Assembly: GCA_964035545.1 (NCBI GenBank) | Contig: OZ037768.1 | Location: 9,270,741-9,334,740, forward strand | Direction: 5' to 3' | From: Bugula neritina | Taxonomy: Eukaryota > Animalia > Bryozoa | DNA length: 64,000 nucleotides | Shown: positions 1 to 14,100 of the stretch, one piece after another | Numbering within the stretch: position 1 is the first letter of the stretch | Layout: the number at the start of each line of letters is the position of its first letter | Translations under genes and position numbers: made by a program | The notes under the pieces: generated by a model | Told to the model about the DNA's origin: nothing | Databases searched by the model: none | What the model saw: only the letters and a program-made list of their open reading frames with translations

Positions 1-59
1 TAACTTTAATCTGAATTAGTGGATAGAGACGCATTGCATGACAAAATCTAAAGTGTTAC

Positions 60-787
60 CGAGAGTTTTGTCATCTGTTTTGTGTTTTCTGAGTGTCTCA
101 AAATGTTTTGATTTACTAAATTTTTCCTTCTGTGGCTCTGCTTCGTTGGCAGAGTTCAAAGGTTTGTTAGGTGATTTGTGGTATCCTTCAGAATTACTTG
201 AAGCTCGGTCTTTATATACTACTTTTTCTACAGTGTAAAATTGAGGGGATTGTACGCAGGGTTGCCAATGATAAATACACTAAAAACATGTTTTAACCAT
301 TTAAATCAAATAACAATAATAACCATTTTAGCAATAGTTTTTAGTAATGGTAAAGTTTTATGAGTTGGACCTACTATGAGTTAGACTTACTATACGTTCT
401 TGGATTAGCTGCAGTAGACTACTATTGCGCAGTGGAACTCGCCTATATATTTTTTTCAATTACAAGCATTGTGATTGTACGCATCAAACATAACGAACAT
501 GCATAATCATATTGCGTCACTTTAATTTCACATCAATAAAATGCATTTCTCAACAGAATTTGACGTACAGCTTTCCAACTTTAATAAATAATATAACCAA
601 TAAAACAATATAATATATTCAAGATTTAATTTGCTATAAAAAGATGAGAAAATGTTATATATATACCTTCTGAACTGGCTCCACTTGTCTTTTCATTTGC
701 AGAGGTAAATCCGAAAGAATCAAGAGTGGATACCTTTTTGTATGGAGAAGATTTAGATTTTTTAGATAGATGCTTCATACGAGGCAT
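60..787 (-). CDS. First two coding exons (787-667, 227-60) of an unidentified gene running off the left edge; basic, low-complexity N-terminus MPRMKHLSKKSKSSPYKKVSTLDSFGF...
   Basis: AAAA-ATG at 787, donor AAG|GTATAT after 667 (phase 1), acceptor TGTAG before 227. The frame stays open through 60 to a donor G|GTAACA. No recognisable domain. Confidence 0.5.
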
Positions 788-2039
788 TTTTCCTCCTGCT
801 TACTTCTCTATTACTCGTGCCCTATTGATTAAATTAAAATAATTTTTATTAATGCCTATATAAGTATGCGAATATAATTCATCAAAATATACGCAAGTAA
901 TAAAAAAAAGTTCAACGGTACCAGAGCTATGAAAATAGATTAGCAAAAACACCAATTTGGTAGCACTAATACCTGCGTTTGACTACAATAATCATGGAAA
1001 TAATAGTCCTAACTAATTATAAGATAATCATCATCTTAAAAATATACTATAAAATTAAACATTAAAATTATTTATTTAATGTAAGAGAACTTTTTGCTTC
1101 TAAATGATAAGCTATTGCCATGGTTGATCGAAATGGGTGTCAACAATATAACTTCAATTAATGAGGTTAACCCATTGGTCCTCACATGGGAACTATCAAA
1201 TGACGCCAGTCTACTGCGGAGTTGTCTATTCGATGAAGTTGAAAGTCGTGTAATAAAAATGATTTTTGTTTAAAAAATTTTTTTAAATAAAGTCAAGTAT
1301 TTATATTTTGTTATTAATTTTCTTGTTACATAAAATTTGCAATTGGTCAAAATTAACAAAGAAAGATTACAGTTTTAGTTTAAGAAAGAATAATTGGACA
1401 CATCCGCTTGGCAAAATATTAGGGCGTTCAAATGATATTTATTTTAAGTTTTGTGGGCAGCTACAGAGTATAACAGAGACAAGAATAAGTTGAAGAATTT
1501 AGCTGAAGAAGACTAAAAAATACTTATATGACTATCAGAAAATAGGAAATTCTTTTTTGGGTTGTATAAATTTCAATTGTATTTTTTCAAGTTGTTAACA
1601 AATAAAGTCGATTGTAATGCATTTGAAATAAATGAAGCATATTCTGCTAAATAACTAGTTCCTGAAATATTTACACAATATATGTACTTGTAAATGATTT
1701 ATATAATATATCAATGATAACATATATACATATACATATATAGACAACCCCCATCCATTTAACTAATTTTGAGTAATCTTTCTGTTATGAGTAGCAAATA
1801 AATAAAGATATCACCAGTCTAAAGCTATTAAACATGTGAAGAATACGAAAGTGTTGTAGTGTCATACTAATTTGAACTGTTGGATGACACCCTCAAATCC
1901 AATTTTCATTTATATACGATATATTTGAATCCAATAGGTCAAATTGCATCAGTTAGACAACTTTAATAATTTTCATGCAAAAAATAGTGTTTGTTTTGTT
2001 TTTCCCAGTTAGCGCTAAATTAAGAGAACAAACCTTTAT

Positions 2040-3240
2040 ACTAATAAGTCATAATCTGAATACCATAGTTATACTTATGGTATTCTATACTAAATACTAA
2101 CTACTATTACTAAGCATTGTATTGGCTAACCTTGAAGTTATTCAATTATAGACTATAGTTATGCTTATACTCATAGTTAGTGTGTTAAGCATCATGGTTA
2201 CTATCAATTTCACTTGGTCTTGTTACTGCTAAATTGAATAAAGCTTGCTAGTACCTAGTGGTTTTATTAATTTACAATTACTCAAACTAAAACTATAATA
2301 ATAATGTATTAGTTATTACTATCACCATCAGTAACACTATCCGTATGAGTATCACTTCGGTTATGACTTATGAGTTTCAGTATGACTATGAGATTGAATA
2401 TCACTATCATCATAATGGTGATAACCATATTGATATTCATGATCAACACCATTATCAAGATGATATTGAATTCCAATTTGAATTGGATTATGATCATGAT
2501 CACTTTATGATGCAATATTATTACTAATAGTAATAGTATGACTTAATAGTAATACTAATAGTAACTGTAATACTAATTGGAATACACTTAGAGTAATACT
2601 AAAACTAATAGTTGTACTAATAATTAAAATTAATGTTATAATACTAGTGTCTAGTGATACTAATAGTAATGCAAATTGCTATTAGTAATACTAATACACT
2701 CATACAGTATTACTAATACTAATAGTAATAGTAATTAGCTTAAGCTATATTTAATAATAGTAACAGTAATAGTAATAGTAATACTGATACTCATACAGTC
2801 ATAGGTGACATATGCTAGAATTAGATGATCATGATACTGATAGTCATGGTGAATAAATATTAATATAATATTAATGGATACTGATAATGATACTGATAGT
2901 GTACTGCAACTTGTAAGTGATAGTCATAGTGATAGTCAAACTCAAGGCGAATGTCAAACTCAATGTGACACTGAATGTCATATTCAATTTCATAGTCATG
3001 GTGACTAAGTGATATTTACTTTCATAGTCTAAGTCATACTCATACTCATAGTCATAGTGCATTAGCATACTAATATTAATAGTAATACTCAATCTCATAC
3101 TGATACACCTAGTCTTACAGTCATGAGTCATACTCATAGTGATAGTCATACTGATATTCTCTGTCAGCCTCAAGTTGCAAAATATAACTATTAGTATGAA
3201 TGTCACACTCACCGATTAGATTAGCCTTCTGTCCAAAAAC
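2040..3240. repeat. Cryptic hexamer-periodic low-complexity tract (TATGAN / NTCATA / TAATAG-type units)
   Basis: Degenerate 6-nt periodicity, e.g. tagtca tagtga tagtca aactca...atgtca. It produces the spurious M/I/T/H/Y/D-rich ORFs in the track. Confidence 0.75.
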
Positions 3241-5179
3241 AACATTCTACTGTCAAACTCAATATGAATTTGAGTGTAAAAACTGAAAATGTGCTTGTGA
3301 CAAGAAATTTAAGAATTTAGACAAAACGATGTCTTCAGGCCTTGTCGGAGATATTACAATATTATTAATAGCGCCACAAAGAGACATCAAGTTTATTAAC
3401 CGCCATTAGGATAGCAGCCATAGAGTTGTGCATATAAACTTTTTAGGGTAGATAACTCTAAGATCGTAGCGTTTGTTATCGCCAAATACATTGTCGTTGC
3501 ATACATACACATTCCAGTGCTGCCGACATAATATTCATAAGGAAAAAGGGACTAATTCTATAAAACAATGCAAACGCCCTAGTCAAGCTGAGTGAAGTAC
3601 ATTTATATATAATATATTCCTTTGGAGTCAGAGAATCTGTGTCTCAGAGACATTGCTCAACAGATCTTGCACATACTGCATGCAATTTTTAACCACATGA
3701 GACCTAGATTTGTAAACTTCAAAATTGTACCCAATGTTAGGCAGTAGTCAATATTCACCATCAATATAAAGAGCAAATAATTATGTGCATGAGCATTTTC
3801 AGTTTATATTTGTAATTGAATGTTGACTGATAGAAACATTCTAGTTTTTTTGTATTTACAAGTATGAGAATCAATGGTTCATGCTGAAGTTTAAATTAGT
3901 AAGCATACATGAAAAGATAATTCACACTCACAGATACTATAATTGTGTTTTTTTGCCTTTATAACATAAATTGCTTTTATTACATATCTATACAGTTTTG
4001 CAATCAACCAGTGTGGTGAATGCTTTACTGATACCAATTGATGTTTTATAAACCTGATGTATATGTTTTTCGTTTTGAAGATGTGTTTAATGTGCGTAGC
4101 AAGTTGTGTCTCTGAAATCTACAGGTATCAAATGGTTTCAGTAATTTTGCCAAATGCACTTTGGCCTTTTAACCAGTTGTCTATAAAACAAAAAAATTAA
4201 ATTTTAAAGTGTTTGGCTTAAATTTTAGAATGAAGCACTTTCAAGACCTTACAGTTCTAATGGAAAGGGAAAAAGCTGGTTCAAAAATCTATCAAATGGA
4301 GGAAAAATTTCATCATAGTTTGTTAAGCCAGTCCCTAAATAACTAAAACCTGTAAGACAACTTCAAGTAAAAAGGTATTGATTGAAGTCTAATTTCCAAC
4401 CAATTACCAAAAACATCTTATTAAAAATAGAGACTGGTTTTGGCTCTATTTACAGTTAGGAATGAAGTATTTACAGTCAGTAATCAAATTATTCATTTTC
4501 TGTAGCTGCTGCACACAAAGACAAAAAGCATGCACAACAAAATTAGGTAGAACTATGATTTATACAAATATATAGTCTCACTTCTTAATTTATATGACAA
4601 GCAAGAATAATGAAGCATCTGTAACTAAATTATTTTTATATACTAGCATCATTTCATAACAAATATGTTTTAAAAAGTTATACTTTTTATTATTAATATA
4701 CAAAGCGGATCTACATAACCATTATAATAATAAAACAGTTCCAAAGAGCTCCAAAAATATAACATAGTTACTACAATTATTGAAAGTATACACTACAAGC
4801 ACTTAAACATTATCGTAGATTGTAAATGTATTGAAATGCTACATTCATAACTACTGACTATTTACCATGTCCACAAAGTATGAATAGATGAATATATGTT
4901 AGTGCATTACATTGACTTGAGTTACCATATTTTTACATAAAACAACAACCATTTAAGAAAAGAGAGACATTGTTAAAACTTTGTGAGTTGAAAATCAGTA
5001 CTAAGTTGTATTAACAGTGTGGTAAATAGTTTTAAATATATCAGAGTCAATATTCTCAATATTATGAAATGAATTGTAACATATGACGTATATTTCATTC
5101 TTTGAAAGAAATAGTTTCGAAACAAGACAAAGCATTATTTTGTAAGTTTTAAAGGATAAAACGCAATAATAATGCTTGT

Positions 5180-8100
5180 TTAGACCACATCAATATTGAA
5201 GGGGCTGCCAGGAATATGATCGTCTCCCCATTTGACTATAAGATAATATTTTCCCTTCTGTTTAACCGAGTAGGATACATTATAGGTGTTTCTCTGGGCG
5301 TACTTGATTAGTATCTCGTCAACAGGGGGAGCATTGTTAGCTGGTCCAATCATACCGACAAACAGCATGTTTTGTCCTGTAATAACAATTAATTAGTGTT
5401 TTATAGCTTAACATTGATAAAATACAATGTTAGGATAACATAATGTGGTCAAATAGAAAAGAATTTACAACTCAACAATTTGGCTAAAATAAAATAGTTT
5501 CTTTGGCTTCAATTCTGTACAAATAATATAAATAAGTTAGATAAAGCCGCAATTAACATAGAGTAGAGAGGGCTATTTGGTCTCAGTGATGTTTCACCTA
5601 TGTAACTCTGGTTGGTATCGTTGTCTATGTCTATGCAGCACTAAAAATAGGTACGTCTGAATATTTATATTTCACCGTTGAAATTTTCAGCCAGAATTAA
5701 AAATGTTCTATTTGCCCTTCAGACACATTGGAGGCTGCAACAACATCTATAATATCTATTAGTTATAATAAATATGAAGTAATAGATCTGTACTTAGCAA
5801 ACGCTACAACCCAATTCCCATTTTGTAGACTTCTGTTCTTCAATGCTGATGTGTACACTATTAATGACTGTATATAAACTTATCATCATAAATTTAATAT
5901 ATAAACATTATTGCCTGCACCAACCTGCAGCAGCTGAGTCTACAGTGAACTGGGCCTTCTTGTTGACAAAGGCCTTGGTCAGACCTGGACCCTTAGATGT
6001 ACACTTGGAACCATCAGAGTGGAACCTGGGGAGAGAATTCACCAGATCTGCCTCAGTCTTCTTCTCAGTCTCAATTATACACTGAGCTGATTGCAATGCT
6101 CCAGGACTTCCAGAACCTAAAGCAATAATATTATTACAGCATAATTTTCCACTATAACAGTGTCTACTAGTTTTGGTTCAAATCATATCCCTAAAACAAG
6201 GTGTGTTGACTAGCATAAACTTAATATCTCTTTAACAAGCATGTTTTATTATAACATGCGACAATAAAACACTAATATACCTGTGCATTTGGCCTTAAAT
6301 GGGGATCCGGCAATATGATGATTACCACCATATTTAATAGTAATGAAGTAGTCGCCTGGTGCGCTGGGATTGTAAGTGAATTCATAGCCATCATCAATCT
6401 CCCTTGCTTCCAACTTAGCTTTAGAAGGCCCATCAACAGTGACAGCCAATGAAGAGGCTCCAGCACCAACAGTATGAACATAAAACTTGTTCTCCACACC
6501 TGCAACGCCACCAATGGGTGATTAACTGTGCGATACGAATAGCAAGCTCATCAACTTGGAAAATGCATGTTTATGAAAGTTAAATAAATGCTTCTGTTAA
6601 TCATGCTTTATTTCACCAATTGATTTATTGTAATTTTACAAAAATAAGACATTTTTGGAGTTGCCTGTCACCAAATTACTAAAAGCCACACTTTGCTGCT
6701 CAAATAAAAGGATGTGAAGAGGCAGTACCTGTCTCAGCTTTCTTGAGTCCTGGACCAGAAGCAGTAACAACTCCTGGATCTGGTTCCTGATCACCAACAA
6801 TAGCTCTAAATGGACTGCCTCGGATGTGGCTGCGGTCCAGCAGCACATGAATGTAGTGAACACCATTTTCACGGGGTATAAATCTAATGGCATATCGAGC
6901 TACAAACATAATATATCAAACATAAATTTTTTTATTATTATTAAAATTTGTGAAAAAACCTTTCATTGACACCATAAAACAATGCAAAAAGCCAAGTGTT
7001 ATATTTCACAAACCAGAATTGTGAGGCGATCAGAAAAATATAATATTCATTTGAAAATCGCCAATTAGCTTGTTCTGTACTTATTATTGGCTAAAGTTTA
7101 GATTGAAAGTTTCAATAGTAATTAATAAAATAGTAGATAAATAATACTCACAATCAGAATCGTCCAAGGATTGCACCAATGCTTCATCTTCAGCACCAGA
7201 GGGCGCCACCACTTTAGCATGGAGTTGCCCTTTAGCCCCATTAGCCACACAAGTGAAGGAAGCAGGCTTTCCAATCTATAAGCAAACATCCCATTTGCAA
7301 GCATTAAAACTATGCAGCTAATCACGGTTTTCATTGATTGGTGGAGATTACAAAAGTTTTTTGGTGAAATTAATTTTGGGAGGTGAAACACCTGACACTT
7401 GTTTTTAAATCAAAACAAGTTCCGTTTAATCTACCTAGCCTCAAAATGGGTAAATCACAAAAGTATATTTCATGCATAAGACAAAATTGCCTAATGAACA
7501 AATTTGGTGGACAAATATGACTTTAATAAATCTATTGTGAACAATTTTTCTCCCATAGAACATATATTTAACACACAAAACTCTGTGTTGAATAGAATAG
7601 ATAATGCAAAAGTTCAAAAAGTTCTAGACATTGGAAGTCTTCAGACTCTCTATTATTTTAAAAAGAAATAAAAAGAAACTTATAATCATTGAATGGAAAA
7701 GTATACCAATTCAGCTTCAATATAATTAACTATAGAACTGATAATTTAGGAAAAGCAACATCAGCTCTTGTTAATCACAACAGATTTGTTAACATAATGA
7801 ATCAACATAAAATTAAGACAGCATAAAGAACTAAATTAAATTTCAGAAAGTATATAAAAGGTTCAAGCACTTATTTACATATCAACAATGTTTAATAATA
7901 GGCCATTACTAATTTGTAAATCAACAGTCATGGTAATGTATTAAACTTACGTGATGATGACGCTAAAACATATTGCTTGGAAGTTACTCTCAGTGAGTTT
8001 GATTTTGTTTTAAATAATAGCCATTAAAAACTGCATAAGGTTAATCAACACCAGTGCTTACCTCAAGACCCTTCTGCTTCAGAGCTTCCACAGTCACCTT

Positions 8101-11100
8101 TCTGGCATCACCGCTGGATGGTAAAACTGGTACTCTGAATGGAGAGTCAGGGATGTGCTCGTCATTAAACTTTATTGATATAACATATTCACCTAGAAAT
8201 GAAAACACTCCATATTCAGCTGTGCATCAGTGTATGGAGAACATATAGTTATATGAAACATAAGTAAACTCTCTGCTACACTGCAGTGCATTTCAGTTTG
8301 AATACGAAAAAAACTCTGTGAGCGAAATGTACAGCAGCACTGCTGTCGTACATAAAGCATATTACAACTTCTTGAAATGCTAAACGTTATCACTCAACGT
8401 TCTCAAGTTTGTAATAAGACATTATCACTCAACATTCTCGAGCTTCTGGCAATATAGCAGGTATGTATGCAAATATATCTTATAGAAACATTGATGTTAA
8501 CTTTAGCTTAATATATCATATATATAACCTGTAATTCAAGGTGAATGCAAGTATTTTATAATCATTTGAGCAAAGTAATTGTCTGACTCACGGCTAATTT
8601 CTACTTACCGTGTAGTCAAACTGTTACTTAATGATGTGTTACATTTCATGTAAATGTCAGCTAGCTTATAGCACTTCCAAATAGCATGAATGGCTTACCG
8701 GGATCTGTGCAACTATAAGAAACCACACTGGATCCATCATGCTTGTCTTCAAATTTAATATCAGCCTTGCTTGGCCCTTCAACACTAATGGCCAAACCGC
8801 CAGAGCCAGCCTCTCTGGTATATATGTTGAACTCATTAGGTACGTTAACTTCGCCTCTCTCTAAGCCTACATGTTACAAACATAACCTTGTGTTAGTCAT
8901 AGGTTAGGCATTATTGTAAGAAAAGTCTTTTAGAAATACTGCTGCGAGGTGCTAATACTGTTACAACTTACCATCACCACTAGCGTGTACTCTGTGGGCA
9001 CCTCCTTCTGTGATAGGTCCAACTGTAAACTGGAACGGAGAGCCGGGAATATTCAGCCCTTTATGTTTCACACTAACAATGTGTGGACCCATCTCTTTGG
9101 GTACAAATTTGATGGTATAATGATCTTCTGTGGAGTCCATGATGTCACACAGTTCAATCACACCTGATGGTGAGGTTACAGAGGCTACCATCTCCATAGG
9201 ATCTGAGCCTAAGATATATCACATGACACATCAGTGCTAGCAGGAGTTATTAAACAATGTCATGCAAAATTTTTATACATTCAGAAAAGATGGGGCAGGT
9301 GAAGAAGACCGACTTACCAGGAACTTTGAGGCTGAGCTCACAAACGCTGCCAACATGTGTGGTGTCGGCAGCTTTCTGTTGAGTTGTCAACATAGATTCT
9401 TCACTGACGCCAGTTGAACCACTTACTTTGCAGTTGAATGGACTGCCTAAACACCGCAACGGTAAATGTTGGAAGATGATAGAATATAGCTATATAGTAG
9501 AATATAGTTATAGTAACAAGTGTAAGTAGATTATTTCTATCCGATGGCGGAATTATTTAACTTAACAAAGCCACAGCATTGCAGCTATGAATTGAATTCA
9601 AGACAGTATATTGAAGTATAAATAATTGCTATAGTTATAATTTGATAAGTATTTTTATATACAATAAATGCTTCTAGAACTTTGTAGCTAGCCATAAAAT
9701 AACAGAATCTTTTATTCATATTACCAAGATAAAGTCACAATTTACAATTTACAATGGAAATACATTTTAAAAACAATTTTACATCATATACAAAAGCTAT
9801 TATATTTTCCAAATTGAATTTTTTTTAAGCCAACTTTCTTTATTAACCTTTACTACAGCTACAAAGTCTCCAAGTATATAAGAGTTACCTGGCACATGCT
9901 CATCGGCGAATTTAATGCTGATGACATAACTTCCAGGCTGAGTGGGTTTGTAGTTGACAGCAGTTGAGCCATCAGGTCTATCTTTACAATCAATATCAGC
10001 TTTGCTAGGTCCTTCAATAGACAGGCTCAGGCCACCATAACCTGTAAAGAGAACATATGAACATATAAGCACCTCAAACTACCCAACAGAGAAATAAGGA
10101 TGGTCAACAAGTAAGTCTTCAGTATAGTAATGCAAAAATTTTACAACAACTTTTACAATTTACAAAAAAATTACGTAAATCCCGAATAAATCTGTATTGT
10201 TTATATAATAAAAGTAGAATAAGCAGAACTACATGAGCAATTATCACATAGACATAACATTGCAACAAAAGAATTTTACTCAGTATTAGTGCATTGAGAG
10301 CTTTAGATAAAATAATGAAAAAGAACACCTAAATAATTTGGAACACCTATTTTAGTATAAATCTTTAAATACAGATTCATTTGCATCTTTTAAACTCCAA
10401 ACCTGCAAGCACCAGTTCACTTGTGTCTTAAAACTAGTCAAATGAAAGCCTTTTTAAACTTACAATAGAAGTCTGACATGCCGATACAGATTAATTATAG
10501 CAACGAAAACCTAAGGCACAATTTTGTACTCGCAAACCCTCAGCAACAAATGGTCTGGTTGCCAAATATACATCTTCATTCTATATAAAACTCAGTAAAG
10601 TAACCACAGAACAAATCTGTGTTTAGATATTTCAAGTGCAAAAAGCGAAATACAGGATTAATACTATGTGTGTACATAACGTTCCTGGCCATATCACAAG
10701 ATTATAATTATATAGACAACATGAAATAACATATACAGGTAGATTCCTGCTTTCAGGTATCTACAGCTCAATGATAAAATAAACCCCCACACAGCTTAGA
10801 CATAGTCGGCTAGCTATTAATTAGTGTTAATAATATTAAAGTTTTTCTAAAGGTCACAAGAATAGCTGCAGCATCTAACAGTATCAAAAATATAAATCGC
10901 CAATAAAATAATCAATGTGGTTAGACAGAAAATGATCCGTTGGCAAAAGAAATATTATTTGTAATACTCATTTTCATATGTAAATATAAGCAAAGATAAA
11001 AAAATCAAATACTTCTGAAAATATAAAAAATTACCCTTCCAATTACTATAATCCAGTGATGTGGGGCCTTGGGCAACACACACATGTTTATCCTTGTTAT

Positions 11101-14100
11101 GACGCCGTTCATAACCAGCCCGATTAGCCATGTTTGACAAAAATTAGCTCGTCAGATAAATAAAACTATGAGAGAACTATGATAAATCTATCTGGGCAGA
11201 CAATGCACTTGAGAACAGAGCAGCGTCTATTAAACAACTAACTGAAAACTGTAATAATGAATGTGTTTGAAAGACTTGCTAAGCACACTGCAGAGGCTAT
11301 TTGTTAACACATTGACATACATTACAACCCAAAAAGGAAATGCTGATATTTCACTAAGAGTAATATATATCAATAAAAATAATATAATTGCTAGTATCAG
11401 AGCCACAACCCTGTAACGCTAACGTTGCCTTATAATATAATGTATTACTCGGTTTAAAGGCAGGTTTACACTAATATGGCTTATATTTGTAACACGGAGA
11501 TAAAAATATCTTAAAAAACATGCTGTAAGTTATAAATATATACTTTGCGTGAGTGTTTGGAGAATTATAGTTCTTGAATCTGCTATAAGTATTTTCAATA
11601 TGAGATAAAACTTTCCTTAGAAGTAAAATAGCAAAGGCAACTGAATGATCAACTGACAACAGAAACAATCGCCTGGCAAGCTCAAAGCTTATATATCATA
11701 GTTTAACTATGCAACAGATTTTGACCCATGAAACCCACGAGATGCTATGCAACTGTAGCAAATCTCAAAATAACAAACATATAAATGTTTCTAGAAAAAG
11801 TAATTGGTTAATTTGTAATATATCTTAAAAATATTTTATAAGATTTCTTGTAACTATTACAATCCATTAAAAAAATCAAAAAGCCATAACCATGTATTAC
11901 TTATTTTATTGATCTAAACTCACATCACTAGTAAAAACATAAATTTAATATGATACAACCTTTAGACCACCCATTACCCAACCAAAAAGAAAGAATAAAT
12001 AACTATACCTGCATCTTTAGTGTCCACGTAAAATTCATTGACTTCATTTGCAGTGCCACTAGTGAGACCATCACCGTAGACCTTCACCTTGTCAGCATAG
12101 CCTACTTCATTTCGAGCAGCATTTATCTTGAATGGAGAATTGGGAATATGCTCCCCATCTTTGTAGACATTTACGAGGTGAGTACCAGTCTCATGTGGGG
12201 TGAACGAGATACCTAAAACATGCAGTAAACCTGCCTATGTAGAACTAGAGTATCTGCAAGTTATTATGTGAGCAAATTGTATATGAGAGGTTACTTACAT
12301 CAACAAAATATAAACCATATAATAAAATATAAATATATAGTATATATAATATTAACTACATGATATATACTACCTGATCAGAAAAATACAATTTGAAAAT
12401 ACTTTTACGGTCAGAATTGTAGCACTAACAACTCTACACATTATCCAAGTATTATTTAATTTTGTATTTCAGTAAACTTGAAGCAAATGAATAGAAAGGA
12501 AATATTAAAGTGCTACACTGAACCCTGCCGAAACTGTCTTACCTAGATGGCCATTAGGTAGCTTCTTGAGAATGCAAGGTTCTGATTTGCCAGATGGAGC
12601 TGTGATGTCAGCCTGAAGCTCATGGATGTTATACTGTTCTACAGAAAGCGAAAACTCACTGGCTTGTCCCATAGACAACTGAGCTTTTTCCTTGTTGGCC
12701 TCACCTAAACGAACATTGGATCTCATTAAATGAAGCAAACTTCCATGGCAAAGTGGTGGCTACTTCTTAGCTATGTTTCAGTTAATTAACACACTTTTTC
12801 AATTCTTGCAACAGCATAGCATGTGAATATGAAAAGGCAAATGCAGGCAATAAACAGCAATAGTTGGAATGAGAATAAAAATATAGACAGATTGAAAATT
12901 ATTGTCTAAATCCTTACACTAAGTTAACTTCCATTACAATAAAAAAAGATATAAATGGAGTAATACAACCTATAGTTGGCAATCACACAAATCAAAAAGA
13001 GCTAAGAACCACTCTATTATCACTACACTACAGCTGTAGTCCTGCAATCTACACTGCTCACTGTTTCTGCTGCTTTTTACAAGAAACCCGTTTACAAATA
13101 ATGTGACATGTATATTACTATCACAAAATTAACAAGCATTGAAGCAGAAAACATGTGAGCAATGCTTCAGAAAGCAGTTTATCTAACTGCTAACAAAACA
13201 TAATCACAACAGACAGAATAAAAGAAATAGGTCATTAAAGCCTGAATGTCATAGCAATAAATAGAGATATCAAGTTTATTAGGGTTATTGGGGAGTGTCT
13301 AGTGTCTCATGAATACAGCAACAATTAAATCAAATTTAGTAGGTGCCAGTTAACCAAGCATAGTGTATGACAACAATAACTAACTATTCAACTGAAACAC
13401 AGTAAAATATCTAATCAAAATATAAGTGAGAAAACAGAGAGTAACAGCATTGAAGGAAATGAATAGATATTTATAATGGTGAGTGGAACTTCAAAGCAGC
13501 ACTACTAATATGAGTTAATTGCAAGGAACTCTTGAGTGCTGATTGCACATCTCCTTCAACATTAATCAAGATGATAACTCCAATATAGAAATATTCATCA
13601 GTAAATGATAAAAAGCTTGTGAGAAGTGCAGGAGTGTAGAGAAAACAAAGTTTTCCAAAGATGCCTCGTAATTTTGTTTAACATTACAAGTATTGAAATA
13701 ATGCCTTTATTGGGTTATATGGACATTTTGGAAAACTTTATTCCGAGTTGGTGAAACATCAATGACAGTAATTGATCAAAGCACTCGAAAGAAACTTTTA
13801 CTAGAGAAGCTAACACAATAGAATGCCGCAGACATACCTGATAGGTTCTCTAGAAGAATCAGCACATCATACGTTAACATTTACAATGTAATTCAAATAG
13901 CAGTGCATATGTTATGCTATAATACAGGACAATTAACGGAGAATACAAATAGGAGTCGTCACAACAATGTAGGGCACGCGACATACATCTTGTACTAGGA
14001 GAAAACCTACGTCCTGTACTAGGAGTCATCTGCCGGGATATTGTGGAATTCATGCACCTACCTGCGATGTATGAGGTGAATGGACTGCCCAGTATATGTT

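Noticed and set aside
1134-1274. Short + strand ORF MGVNNITSINEVNPLVLTWEL... divergent from the left-edge gene
   Set aside because: I could not join it to convincing in-frame downstream exons and saw no recognisable homology.
2309-3212. Three ORFs (60-113 aa) rich in I/M/H/D/Y
   Set aside because: By-products of the hexamer-periodic low-complexity DNA, with no splice structure or domain.
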